Shown piece after piece: positions 29,713 to 39,363 of a stretch of 64,000 nucleotides of DNA (position 1 is its first letter; each line of letters starts with the position of its first letter). The position numbers were made by a program, and so were the translations under genes. The notes below the pieces were generated by a model. It saw only the letters and a program-made list of their open reading frames with translations. It had not been told where the DNA came from and did not search any database. Location of the stretch: positions 288,001 to 352,000 of IMG/VR virus record IMGVR_UViG_3300017716_001697; one strand, written 5' to 3'. This stretch comes from a virus (Duplodnaviria > Caudoviricetes).

Positions 29713-30131
29713 TAAGTGGTTTCCTTGTCTTTAAGACTAAACGTTACAAACATATTATCGGTTATAGATTCTGGCTGAAATAAGAGCACCATTACGACAT
29801 TTAATGCCTGCTCTTCTTGATACACATCTATGCTAACTAATTCGACTCGTGGATCAGATTTAATAACGTTTACTGCATCTTCTATGATAATGTTCTTTGT
29901 ATACTCGTCAAACGGATCAAATAGATAATCATAAATGCTTGTACCAAAATTAGGTAGCATTACACGTGACCCTTTAGGCGTAGCAAAATGATTGTTTATA
30001 TCACGTTTTACTAGTTCTATGTTTGTTAATGAATATGGTGGAGCAGGTTGTCCCACCGTATTGAATCCCACGAAATAAGGTTTACGTGTTATTCTATTTT
30101 GCTGTACTAAACCGGTTTGATTGCTTGCCAT
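29712..30131 (-). CDS. gp25: baseplate wedge protein, gp25/GPW family
   Basis: TPKGSRVMLPNFGTSIYDYLFDP, SDPRVEL. Confidence 0.85.
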   Translation of the reverse strand: MASNQTGLVQQNRITRKPYFVGFNTVGQPAPPYSLTNIELVKRDINNHFATPKGSRVMLPNFGTSIYDYLFDPFDEYTKNIIIEDAVNVIKSDPRVELVSIDVYQEEQALNVVMVLLFQPESITDNMFVTFSLKDKETT

Positions 30132-30185
30132 ATATTCTCTTTTCTGTTATTTATCAAGAAAATTAAATACTAGTTTTAATAAGCT

Positions 30186-31259
30186 CTATCCGTATCGATG
30201 TAGGCCGGAACTATAGTTGTTTCTATACATAGTCATTACCTTAGTTGTAGCACTAGCTGGTCTGTTACCTGCCCTGTTGAAGCTTAAATGATACCATGCA
30301 AGTCCTGTTGTTGAACTGTGCTCGAATATAAATTGATCATACGGGATATTGTCCTTTACCCACAGTGCATTATTCCAGTACATTTCATAGGTCCATCCGG
30401 AAAACTGTATGTCTATTGCCTGTCCAGCTACATGCTGGCTTATACCTGATTTGGTTGTTGACTCGTTTCGTATACCCGAATTTACCCGCATAGTACCAAA
30501 TTTTGCATACATAGGTTCAGCTATGTTTAGTGCCACTGCCTGTAGATTACAGAAACGTGTCTGCATGCTGAATCCTGCAACATCGCCTGATGTGAGAGGA
30601 TGTGGCCAATATGCACCTGTGGAAAAATCTTCTAACTTAAAATGTGGACTTATCGAAACACCGTAATTGGTGCCGTCCCATATCATACACGTTGTCGGCC
30701 ACCCATTTCCACCCGGTGGCGGTGTTAGCTCTGTTACCTCGGCGGCCGGTACAGTAGGTGGTGGCAATGATGTTTGAACTGGTGGCTTTGTGTTAGGTGT
30801 GTTAGGTGGCTGGGAGCCTTTTGTGCCGGTTGTGTTGTTTCCGTTGGCAATGTTTTCTTCATATTCGTCGTATGTAGGGTCGCCACCACCACCGCTTACC
30901 CCGTTCATTAAATTCATTGCAGCACCGAAGGGGCTTCCTGCAGGTGTGCAACCACCACCACCTCCACCGCCGCCGCCACCAGATCTAAATCCGGGCATTG
31001 TGCTGTTAGATTTAGGTAAGCTATCCCCGGGGTTTGTGATACTGACTACACCGGGTGGCAAATTGCTTGCTGCATAAGACGGTGCGATTCCCCCACCCGG
31101 TAATATGCCTGTAGCGCCGATTGGCACGCTGCTCATTGATGTCAGGACTACCGGGCTGACTGGTATACTGTTTAGGTTAGGTCGAGCATTATCAGCAGGG
31201 TTAGTACTGATGAAACTGAAGTTTGCGCCCGTAAGTGGTGTACCTATTTGTGTTGCCAT
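30186..31259 (-). CDS. peptidase M15A-family endopeptidase with low-complexity N-terminus
   Basis: SGIRN, SQHVAGQAIDI (H, D Zn ligands), DQFIFEH, WYHLSF; Pro/Gly/Thr-rich N-terminal half. Confidence 0.8.
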   Translation of the reverse strand: MATQIGTPLTGANFSFISTNPADNARPNLNSIPVSPVVLTSMSSVPIGATGILPGGGIAPSYAASNLPPGVVSITNPGDSLPKSNSTMPGFRSGGGGGGGGGGCTPAGSPFGAAMNLMNGVSGGGGDPTYDEYEENIANGNNTTGTKGSQPPNTPNTKPPVQTSLPPPTVPAAEVTELTPPPGGNGWPTTCMIWDGTNYGVSISPHFKLEDFSTGAYWPHPLTSGDVAGFSMQTRFCNLQAVALNIAEPMYAKFGTMRVNSGIRNESTTKSGISQHVAGQAIDIQFSGWTYEMYWNNALWVKDNIPYDQFIFEHSSTTGLAWYHLSFNRAGNRPASATTKVMTMYRNNYSSGLHRYG

Positions 31260-33742
31260 TATGCCTCCGGTGGGAATTTATCATTGCATCCGTTAGGATC
31301 AATGTTTTGAACAATCATAGCGATAATATTTGGCCCACGGCGCCCAACTTGTGTATACCATATCGAGTCTTGCAAATCTCTACCAGCTTGGTCAAAATTC
31401 TTTATCTTCATAGCAGATATAAATCTCACAAATGTCTGTAATTTACTCTTACCTAGATTGAACACTAAATCTACTAGCGCACGCTTTCTTATATCGGACA
31501 GATCACTCCATATGCTACCGAAGATGTCCTTGGCCCCAGACACTGCCTCAGCCACATCAGCACTATACCATGCATCGATCTGCGATTCCGCAATGGCGGT
31601 GCCGACAGGGAAACTGCTACGCTCAGTCGGTTTAATAAGATGGCCGATGCCACCTGTCGGGTTTCCTAAGGAATCAAGGTATACTCTTGATTTCTTTCCT
31701 TCGTGTATAGTTAGCTGACATTTCAATGCTGCCATATTTAAATCTTTTGGCGAATTGTCCGTAACAATCGGGTCGTCGGGAGTCGAGACAGTGGTGCTTC
31801 CAGTGCCGCCACACGGTGTTAACGGTGCGTTAGGGTGCATCTTATTATAGTCGCTTATCATGTAGTTGGTTATTGCGGTCTGCCCACTTGTACAACCGTA
31901 GCCGAAATTTGCTATACGTGCCCAGTAATCACCCGAGCCCGATGTGTTCGACTGTGGGAATGCTGCAAGGGTATTTGGCTTAACCGGTTGCGGTATAGGG
32001 CAAGGTCCAGTGCCGTGATTTACTAGCCAAGCCCACCATTCATCCCCCTTAGGACCATTAGCATTCCACCAACCACTTACTGCTGATAATATCTGATCAC
32101 ATGTTTGTGGTGTCGAACTGCTAGCAGTTGTGGTATTATTCACGTATGATTCGCTAAAATTTTCATGTTCGGGGCAAGGCTCGTATGTAGGAAATTTCGA
32201 CAATGTCGTCTTGAATTTCTGAGAATTACGTACAAATTTTGATTCAGGATCTTTCCACGTAGCTAATATGTTAGTTTTCTCAATAACAGGTTTAACTGTT
32301 GCACCACCTCCACCACTTGCCGAAAGTGCAGATTGTGTCGGTATAGCCGGCAACGATAAAGGCACACCTGTTGGTAAATTTGCTAATAATTGGCCGGCTG
32401 AGCAAGTAGCCACGCCGCCTGCACCCGTTAACGATAATAAAGACGCGGACTCGATTCTAACTCCGCCACCACCTTTTAAGTCAACAGATCCACCGGATGA
32501 AATCCTAACACCGGAACCACCTAACATACTGTTATCGCCACCTGCTGCCGAACTTATCGATCCTCCAGCACCGAGACTTATATTTCCACCTGCTGTTAAG
32601 TTTGCATTGCCGCCAGCAGATGAATGCCAATTTGAAACTGCTTGGATAACAACGTCACCACCGTGACCTTTTCCCTGGCCTACATATTTAAACAGTGGCA
32701 GGTCTTTTACTTTCTTAGGGACATTGTTAACATCGTATGTAAATTCTGTCTTATCAATTTTCGTGTCTTGTGCAGCCTTGATGTAGACATTCTGTCCAGC
32801 TTCGATATTTACATTTCTGTCGGCTCTGATATTAAAATCATATTGCGCACGCATGGACACATTCTGTGCTCCGAATATATCTATATTACCCTTGTAATCC
32901 ATCTGTACCCACGCGGTACCATCGCGATTAATTAGATAGATAAAACCAGTAGTTTCGTTAATCTTAATTTGTGCACCGGATTTTGTTGCGAGTTGAACGT
33001 ATTCACTATTTTCACCGTCATCCATAATAAACGACGATCCGCCTTTACGTCGAACTTGATCTGGCTCAACATTCTTACTAATGGCGGGCCCGGGTGTCAG
33101 TATGCCATATACATGGCTCGGTGCTTCTCGCCTAGCACTGGTGTCTGTAACACCACGAAACCTATCCTTAATGAGTCCTTGATTTCCTAGGCCCTTAAAC
33201 TTTGTTGCCTCGTATGGTTTTGCTGTGTTATCGGGGTGTGTAACTTTCGTATCGTTCTTGTTGTATTCGGCAACTGGGACAAATTTCTTAGGATACTGAT
33301 AGTTGTTTACATTACCTGCCATCCCCGGGACCATGTTGTTCATAAATTGGTTATATAGACAACCAATAAATACCCCACGCGACGGGTCACCGTTAATAAA
33401 GACAACCAGCACCTGATTATTAATATCGGGCGGAATCATCCACATACCATACGATGTCTGTGTACCTTCGAAGATCCGTGTATTGTTGGTATCTGTGGCG
33501 TCAATATTAGTTGCACCAGCAAACGGCGATGAATAATTTACTATAACCCACCCGTTTTCATCATCGGGTGTTGACCCGAATTCAGGTATCCATACCTGTA
33601 AACGACCGTTTAAATTTATATCAGAATTTTTCTTAACAAATCCCAGATATACACCGGTAAGGACGGGTACGCGACCCATCGGCTGTAATGAAGAATTTGT
33701 ATTTGTTTTGGATGACCTACGGCCTGCGTCTGTATAACTCAT
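31259..33742 (-). CDS. gp5: baseplate hub / spike gp5-like with C-terminal T4-type (GH24) lysozyme
   Basis: OB-fold GRLQVWIPE...GMWMIPPDINNQVLVVFINGDPSRG; beta-helix-like middle; HEGKKSRVYLDSLGNPTGGIGHLI lysozyme motif. Confidence 0.8.
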   Translation of the reverse strand: MSYTDAGRRSSKTNTNSSLQPMGRVPVLTGVYLGFVKKNSDINLNGRLQVWIPEFGSTPDDENGWVIVNYSSPFAGATNIDATDTNNTRIFEGTQTSYGMWMIPPDINNQVLVVFINGDPSRGVFIGCLYNQFMNNMVPGMAGNVNNYQYPKKFVPVAEYNKNDTKVTHPDNTAKPYEATKFKGLGNQGLIKDRFRGVTDTSARREAPSHVYGILTPGPAISKNVEPDQVRRKGGSSFIMDDGENSEYVQLATKSGAQIKINETTGFIYLINRDGTAWVQMDYKGNIDIFGAQNVSMRAQYDFNIRADRNVNIEAGQNVYIKAAQDTKIDKTEFTYDVNNVPKKVKDLPLFKYVGQGKGHGGDVVIQAVSNWHSSAGGNANLTAGGNISLGAGGSISSAAGGDNSMLGGSGVRISSGGSVDLKGGGGVRIESASLLSLTGAGGVATCSAGQLLANLPTGVPLSLPAIPTQSALSASGGGGATVKPVIEKTNILATWKDPESKFVRNSQKFKTTLSKFPTYEPCPEHENFSESYVNNTTTASSSTPQTCDQILSAVSGWWNANGPKGDEWWAWLVNHGTGPCPIPQPVKPNTLAAFPQSNTSGSGDYWARIANFGYGCTSGQTAITNYMISDYNKMHPNAPLTPCGGTGSTTVSTPDDPIVTDNSPKDLNMAALKCQLTIHEGKKSRVYLDSLGNPTGGIGHLIKPTERSSFPVGTAIAESQIDAWYSADVAEAVSGAKDIFGSIWSDLSDIRKRALVDLVFNLGKSKLQTFVRFISAMKIKNFDQAGRDLQDSIWYTQVGRRGPNIIAMIVQNIDPNGCNDKFPPEA

Positions 33743-36303
33743 GCTTCGTCACTCTCTAAATGTGGCGGTATATTAGAGGAGGCACCTAATCCTGAATTTA
33801 ATGTGTTAATAATGTATTCTTGTGTATTAACATATGCTACACCGTCTGCACCTATTCGTGTTATTGCTATCCTGCTAGGTGTTTTAAGTGACGTAGATGG
33901 CACAGATATAGGCACTCCTTCGACAATAGCAATATTAGGAGTAGCATCTGCCTTATCTAGTTCTCCTAAGAAATCTACAAGATTAATTGCCGGATCTAAT
34001 AGGCAGCTTAATTCCTGCGTAAATTTACCCATTTCGAACGTATTAGAAATTGTTGCAATTTTATACACACCGCTGAATGTTTCTACTTCGTTGTAGACTG
34101 TATCACTATCAGCAATTATGCCGTCATTATCAAATAATCTAGGAGTCCTAAAACGTATCACTATAAAATTATCACTAGAATGTATGTTGACTGATTTTTT
34201 GCTAGTGTTATCTTTAATATCATTAATTGCTTCTAATTTATCCATCAGTGACCTATATTTAAGGACCTTGCTAGTCGAATCTACACCACGAGGGAAAAGC
34301 CAATATGGGTCACCTTTGATAGTGAGTTTTACAGCAGCCATTGCATTATCGACCTGAGTTGTATACAGTGCTGTAGCGAATATACTAGATACTCGCGAGC
34401 GTGCTGCCATTTTCGATGGATCGATCCCGAATGTTACAGCAGCCTCTTGAATACCTTCAGAAAAGGCTACGGGGTGCAGTTTGCTTGCACTAAGGGATAG
34501 TGCTGCTTCGTGTGCAGCCTTAGTAAGTTCGTCATTTGTGTTTATGTCTGATAAGAAGGTTGTTGTGCCGATAACATTGCCATGACTATTTGTTAAATTA
34601 ACGGGTGCCCCTATCAGTCGTGCATACCGCCTTGCATCGTCGATCTTATCTTTCTTTGTTTTCGCTACATATGCCCTGCGATCTTCTGCCCTGGCATTAT
34701 TTAACAAATCTATATATTTTTGTACTATAGACGGATCCAAACTAGTTGCCTCACTTATTGCCGCTTGCGCATATTCTATCTTCCTAAGAACCGATGAGTC
34801 GTTTGGCGAGTTATGTATGAATGCTATTGTATCTTTAACTAGTTTCTTTACACGTTGTTCCTGTGATAATGCATCACGCCTGACTGCTATACCGGGTGTT
34901 GATATGAACGAATCATAATACGCGCCACCAAATCGCGGCTTAACTGATTGAAATGCAAAATTCATATCGAGGTCAAATTTAATTATTTGGTCATTAAGGC
35001 CGGTGAATATATAGTTATATTTTTTCTTCATTATCTTCTTACGAACGTACTCGCCCATTCGTAATTTAGATGCGGTGATGTCTTTAGAGGTCTGTCCGGT
35101 TTGGGCGGCAGTCACATCTAACGCACCGATGTCGTACTGTACTATAAAGATAGTAATGTCCACAGCAGGTTGTTGTCGTAATGTATCGTATGCAACTGGG
35201 CGCGTCTCGGTAACAATTCTCCAGAGTTTCTTCATCTGATCTGATACAGCAGTAATTGGCTTAGGGGTTGAATCTGGCGTGTCAGATTGTTGCATAGTCA
35301 CTTGCACACGAGATGTGTTAATGAGAAGACTATCGACTATCTTATCGATACCGGTTCCTGCATTATATTGCGCTGTCTTTTTACCGTAGTTGACATCTTT
35401 ACTATATTCACTGCTAAATTTAGTAGATATGTTGTCACCTGGATCCGAAATATCAATTACAGCAAGGGCAGGGTCCACAACAATTGTGTATGAGTCTGGA
35501 ATTTCGTAGTTTTCAATTAATTTATCATACTGATCAACATTTAATTTATCCTCTAATTGTTGCATGGCGGCGCCGAACGTGGAAAGTCCGTCTAATGATA
35601 CTTTTTGTTGCAATACATAATATAAATCTGTCTGCGCCTTCTCGTTATACATAATTCCATTAAATTTATACCGGGTACCTACGTGACTCACATGTGCCTC
35701 TACTGTAGTCACCTGCACATCCCATAACCATGTTGTACCTTCCATCCCGGGCGGAGTACCGGTTTCGTTTGTTTCGGACGTAGACGGACTTCTTCCTTTG
35801 AAGTTAAGTTGTAAGAAAAACGGTGTTACTTTCCAATTGCCCAGACCCAGGCCCACGGCCTGGTAAAACATCTTATCTATGAGACCAGCACCAGATGGCT
35901 CAATCAACTCAAATGTGAATGTAGTTGATGTGCCGGTCCCATTGCGGGCATTAGGACCAGCGACTGATTCTATTCTAACCTTATCTATTGTCATATCAGT
36001 CACACCGCTTTCTGCTATAATGACTTGGTTTTTAGTCTCTAATATAGCACCACTGTGTGCATTCTCTAAAGACGTCATGAAGAATTTCCAGTGGTAGGTG
36101 AACTGATCATAATTGTCTAAGATATTAGGTATAAACTCAAATTTGTAATCTCTGCCGTCGGCGACGGACTGATTAGGGTCATGAACAAACGAATCTCGAC
36201 GATTTAAGTCGGCGCGACCATCTGCGTTAATCGGTAATGAATTATTGTTTCTTAATAATTTATTCCATTCTGCTTCATATTCTGGGGTGTTCGGTGATGG
36301 CAT
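33739..36303 (-). CDS. putative baseplate hub protein
   Basis: About 854 aa (start MPSPN at 36303); NILDNYDQFTYH, IEPSG, LTIKGDPYWL and SGVYKI motifs of hub-type proteins; lies between the gp53-like and gp5-like genes. Confidence 0.5.
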   Translation of the reverse strand: MPSPNTPEYEAEWNKLLRNNNSLPINADGRADLNRRDSFVHDPNQSVADGRDYKFEFIPNILDNYDQFTYHWKFFMTSLENAHSGAILETKNQVIIAESGVTDMTIDKVRIESVAGPNARNGTGTSTTFTFELIEPSGAGLIDKMFYQAVGLGLGNWKVTPFFLQLNFKGRSPSTSETNETGTPPGMEGTTWLWDVQVTTVEAHVSHVGTRYKFNGIMYNEKAQTDLYYVLQQKVSLDGLSTFGAAMQQLEDKLNVDQYDKLIENYEIPDSYTIVVDPALAVIDISDPGDNISTKFSSEYSKDVNYGKKTAQYNAGTGIDKIVDSLLINTSRVQVTMQQSDTPDSTPKPITAVSDQMKKLWRIVTETRPVAYDTLRQQPAVDITIFIVQYDIGALDVTAAQTGQTSKDITASKLRMGEYVRKKIMKKKYNYIFTGLNDQIIKFDLDMNFAFQSVKPRFGGAYYDSFISTPGIAVRRDALSQEQRVKKLVKDTIAFIHNSPNDSSVLRKIEYAQAAISEATSLDPSIVQKYIDLLNNARAEDRRAYVAKTKKDKIDDARRYARLIGAPVNLTNSHGNVIGTTTFLSDINTNDELTKAAHEAALSLSASKLHPVAFSEGIQEAAVTFGIDPSKMAARSRVSSIFATALYTTQVDNAMAAVKLTIKGDPYWLFPRGVDSTSKVLKYRSLMDKLEAINDIKDNTSKKSVNIHSSDNFIVIRFRTPRLFDNDGIIADSDTVYNEVETFSGVYKIATISNTFEMGKFTQELSCLLDPAINLVDFLGELDKADATPNIAIVEGVPISVPSTSLKTPSRIAITRIGADGVAYVNTQEYIINTLNSGLGASSNIPPHLESDEA

Positions 36304-36304
36304 G

Positions 36305-36592
36305 TTATTTTTGTAATATATTAATCGGCACAAATATTTCTAATCCTGCCACGAAGTCTTCTATAGGATCATTTATTAAATCTGGGTTCCTCATTGCGAA
36401 AACCCACCACAGCATAGGGGTACCGTATTCAGCATTACTCATCAAATCAGGCCTTTGAGCAAATGCTGCAGGAATTCTAATTATTTTATCGTAATCACTT
36501 TTAGGTATAGTACGTGGCACCATTACATCTAGGTACCAATTAGTTATAGGTGTTAATAGGTATTCGCTGGTTGTTTTTGAATTATTAGCCAT
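36305..36592 (-). CDS. gp53: baseplate wedge protein gp53-like (LysM-like)
   Basis: RPDLMSNAEYGTPMLWWVFAMRN..I.DPI motif. Confidence 0.75.
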   Translation of the reverse strand: MANNSKTTSEYLLTPITNWYLDVMVPRTIPKSDYDKIIRIPAAFAQRPDLMSNAEYGTPMLWWVFAMRNPDLINDPIEDFVAGLEIFVPINILQK

Positions 36593-36593
36593 A

Positions 36594-37316
36594 TTAAATG
36601 TATCCGCCTGTTATTAGGTTACCTGAGCGAAATTTATCTAGATTAAATTCGTTACGCATTCTGATTGGTATATATTGCGTATCTAGTTCTAATTTCACTG
36701 AAATGTGTGTAGGTACCTGAGTCCAACCGCCATTGGGTCCTCCGCCGATCGGTAATGACACACCTATATTCGACGAATATCCCTCATTTTCTGCTGTATC
36801 GACTGCAACATAGTCGATTGTTGCATCATATGTATAGTCGAACGATTTAACAACAACAGGTACATTATTGAATTGATATTGCCCCATGTAATTAAACAAT
36901 AATACAGGTGGCGGCGTACCGGCTTTCTGGTATGGGTTCACACCAAAATAAGATTTCGTAACGGCCCTGAAGAAATGTAACACTGCCAATAAATATAATG
37001 CTTCATCGCTGGTCTGCGCAGTAAACTCTGCAGCTATCGATATAGGCTTTGGATTAGACCTAACATATGCATTATAGTTATAGTTAGAATGAATAAAATT
37101 AGTGGGATCGTATTCTACCGTACTACCGGACGAAATAGCCGGTGTATACGGAAATAATACTCCTCTGGTTTGCCATAGAGGAAATAATATATTGTTAGAG
37201 TTCTGTGGACCCAGCACATCATTACACGCTGCCATATTTTTTGGCTGTAACCTGGCTCTAAAATCTGCTCGTTTGGCTACGGTGGTTACTGTGTTTAATA
37301 TTAGTGGTGCTGCCAT
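36594..37316 (-). CDS. putative tail-tube initiator / baseplate protein (gp48/gp54-like)
   Basis: LFPYTP, AEFTAQ, HFFRAVTK, GTPPPVL, FNNVPVVVKSF; GATAAATA at 37336-37343. Confidence 0.5.
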   Translation of the reverse strand: MAAPLILNTVTTVAKRADFRARLQPKNMAACNDVLGPQNSNNILFPLWQTRGVLFPYTPAISSGSTVEYDPTNFIHSNYNYNAYVRSNPKPISIAAEFTAQTSDEALYLLAVLHFFRAVTKSYFGVNPYQKAGTPPPVLLFNYMGQYQFNNVPVVVKSFDYTYDATIDYVAVDTAENEGYSSNIGVSLPIGGGPNGGWTQVPTHISVKLELDTQYIPIRMRNEFNLDKFRSGNLITGGYI

Positions 37317-37377
37317 ATAATTCTCCTTGCTCCCGTATTTATCACTATCATAAACTACTACTTTTATACAGAAACTC

Positions 37378-37405
37378 TTGACTTATTATGCAGATGTGTT
37401 ATACT
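37378..37405 (+). promoter_or_regulatory. sigma70-type promoter (TTGACT-16-TATACT)
   Basis: Upstream of the gp55-gp47-gp46 operon, divergent from the late promoter at 37336. Confidence 0.6.
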
Positions 37406-37433
37406 GTATGAAACCCTCTCTAGGAGAAACTAA

Positions 37434-38351
37434 ATGAGCGAATACGAGTTTGATGATGAAGATGAGACGCAAGAAGAAGTGGCTGTTGTCTCTGTCTTTC
37501 CTGCCAAGAAAATTAACTACCTAAACAACAAGGACATGTTGAAGGAAATCCACAAGAGCAAGAATTCGTTCTGTGAATACACTGATCAAAAGTATGGAGA
37601 TTATGATGTTATTGTCGAAAATGTTAATGATATCTTCTTACCAGAAACATTAGAAAAGGGCAAGGCTGCTCGCGCCGCTAGATTGGCTGCTATCGCATAC
37701 GAAGCCGCATTATTAGCAGCAGGCGTAGTGACAAAAGCTGATAAGCCGCGCCTTGCCGAATATAAAATCAAGCCTGATACCATATCAGTTGATGATCTAG
37801 TATTTCGCGTATTAGGATTCAGTCATATTCCGTTGGCGCCGGGTCGCAAGAAAAATCCTAAATCTGTTGCTGACAATTATGTTAAGCTGAATTTCTATCC
37901 ATTCATACACTATATTATCGACAATGGTGTAGCAAGAGAAGTAGGCAGATCGCACACTAAGAAAGGTAAATTTAGCTTAGATCACGGATCAATGACTAAT
38001 AAGTTAGCTAAGATGTTCACGCTAATGGTTAACAAATATGGCCAGCGTGGTAATTGGAGAGGGTATACATATCTAGATGAAATGAAAGGACAGGCCTTGT
38101 TACAACTTGCGATGATGGGATTACAATTCGACGAGTACAAATCCGATAATCCATTCTCGTATTATACAGCTAGTGTATCCAACAGTTTTACACGAGTGTT
38201 TAACCTAGAAAAGAATCATCAGACATTGCGAGATGATTTGTTAATTGATTCTGGTGCAAGCCCTAGCTTCTCTCGCCAACTAGCATTAGAAAATGAAATT
38301 AGACACTTAAGAGAAGATGCACAGGAGGCCGCAAAAGATGACGCAATCTAA
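37434..38351 (+). CDS. gp55: late-transcription sigma factor, T4 gp55-like, with large insertion
   Basis: YLNNKDML N-terminal motif; YTYLDEMKGQAL; FDEYKSDNPFSYYT..SNSF; directly upstream of gp47/gp46 as in T4. Confidence 0.75.
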   Translation: MSEYEFDDEDETQEEVAVVSVFPAKKINYLNNKDMLKEIHKSKNSFCEYTDQKYGDYDVIVENVNDIFLPETLEKGKAARAARLAAIAYEAALLAAGVVTKADKPRLAEYKIKPDTISVDDLVFRVLGFSHIPLAPGRKKNPKSVADNYVKLNFYPFIHYIIDNGVAREVGRSHTKKGKFSLDHGSMTNKLAKMFTLMVNKYGQRGNWRGYTYLDEMKGQALLQLAMMGLQFDEYKSDNPFSYYTASVSNSFTRVFNLEKNHQTLRDDLLIDSGASPSFSRQLALENEIRHLREDAQEAAKDDAI

Positions 38352-39360
38352 TTTGTTCGAAAAGGTTATATGTTTTAGTGATATCCATTTTGGACTACGG
38401 CATAACTCCAAAGAGCATAATCAAGATTGTTTAGACTTTGTCGACTGGGTTATCGAGCAAGCAGATTTGCGTAACTGTGATACATGTTTCTTCCTCGGGG
38501 ACTGGCATCACCATAGATCTAATATCAGCGTCCTTACTTTAGATTATACGATGCAAGCATTGCGTAAACTAAATTCTTACTTCAAGAAGACGTATATTAT
38601 GGTAGGCAATCACGATTTATTCTACAGAGAGAAGCGCGATGTTCACTCTTTAATAATGGGTGGCGAGTTTGACAATATTATCTTAGTCGATAAGATTATG
38701 TTAGAAGGCAATGTTGCACTGATTCCGTGGCTAGTGGAAGAAGAATGGAAAGAAGTGTCAACAATCGAGTCTAAGTACATTTTCGGGCATCTCGAACTTC
38801 CCGGATTCAAAATGAATGCACAGGTAGAGATGCCAGATCACGGCTTGCTCAATGCAGAACATTTTGTCCATCAAGATTTAGTCTTTTCTGGCCATTTCCA
38901 CAAGAGACAAACAAAGGGCAAAGTCAATTACATAGGCAACCCGTTTGGACATAACTTTGCCGATGTTTGGGATTTCGAGCGTGGTGCAATGTACATGGAT
39001 TGGGGTGGTGAACCTGAATTCATAGATTATGAAAGTGGGCCACGGTTTATTAATATTAATCTGTCTGCTTTATTGGCTAATCCCGATATCTATCTTAAGC
39101 CTAAAACATATCTACAGGTAGTACTAGACGTAGATATCACATACGAAGAAGCTGCGTTCCTTAGAGAAACATTTATCGAGCAGTATGATGTTCGCGAATT
39201 TAAGCTAATTAGGAGCAAAGAGTCCGATACCGAACAAGAGTTCAAGGGTGACATAACTATGAAGACTGTTGACGAAATTGTTACTGAGCAATTATTGAAC
39301 ATTGACAAGGAAGGTAGTTTTGACTCGGCAAAATTAATAGAAATATACGATAGGTTATAA
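38338..39360 (+). CDS. gp47: recombination endonuclease subunit gp47 (Mre11/SbcD-like)
   Basis: FSDIHFG, LGDWHH, VGNHD, GHLE, SGHFH metallophosphoesterase motifs; AGGAGG RBS before ATG 38338. Confidence 0.9.
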   Translation: MTQSNLFEKVICFSDIHFGLRHNSKEHNQDCLDFVDWVIEQADLRNCDTCFFLGDWHHHRSNISVLTLDYTMQALRKLNSYFKKTYIMVGNHDLFYREKRDVHSLIMGGEFDNIILVDKIMLEGNVALIPWLVEEEWKEVSTIESKYIFGHLELPGFKMNAQVEMPDHGLLNAEHFVHQDLVFSGHFHKRQTKGKVNYIGNPFGHNFADVWDFERGAMYMDWGGEPEFIDYESGPRFININLSALLANPDIYLKPKTYLQVVLDVDITYEEAAFLRETFIEQYDVREFKLIRSKESDTEQEFKGDITMKTVDEIVTEQLLNIDKEGSFDSAKLIEIYDRL

Positions 39361-39363
39361 TAC

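Noticed and set aside
30940-30985. Poly-Gly run (CCACCACCACCTCCACCGCCGCCGCCACC) as a possible contingency or DGR target
   Set aside because: In-frame codon-varied Gly linker, not a homopolymer; no reverse transcriptase or TR/VR pair in the window
14341-35493. Many plus-strand ORFs of 60-260 aa antisense to baseplate genes (e.g. 19096-19611, 19627-20397, 32268-32666)
   Set aside because: Shadow frames of long minus-strand genes, with no RBS or promoter support and no recognisable motifs
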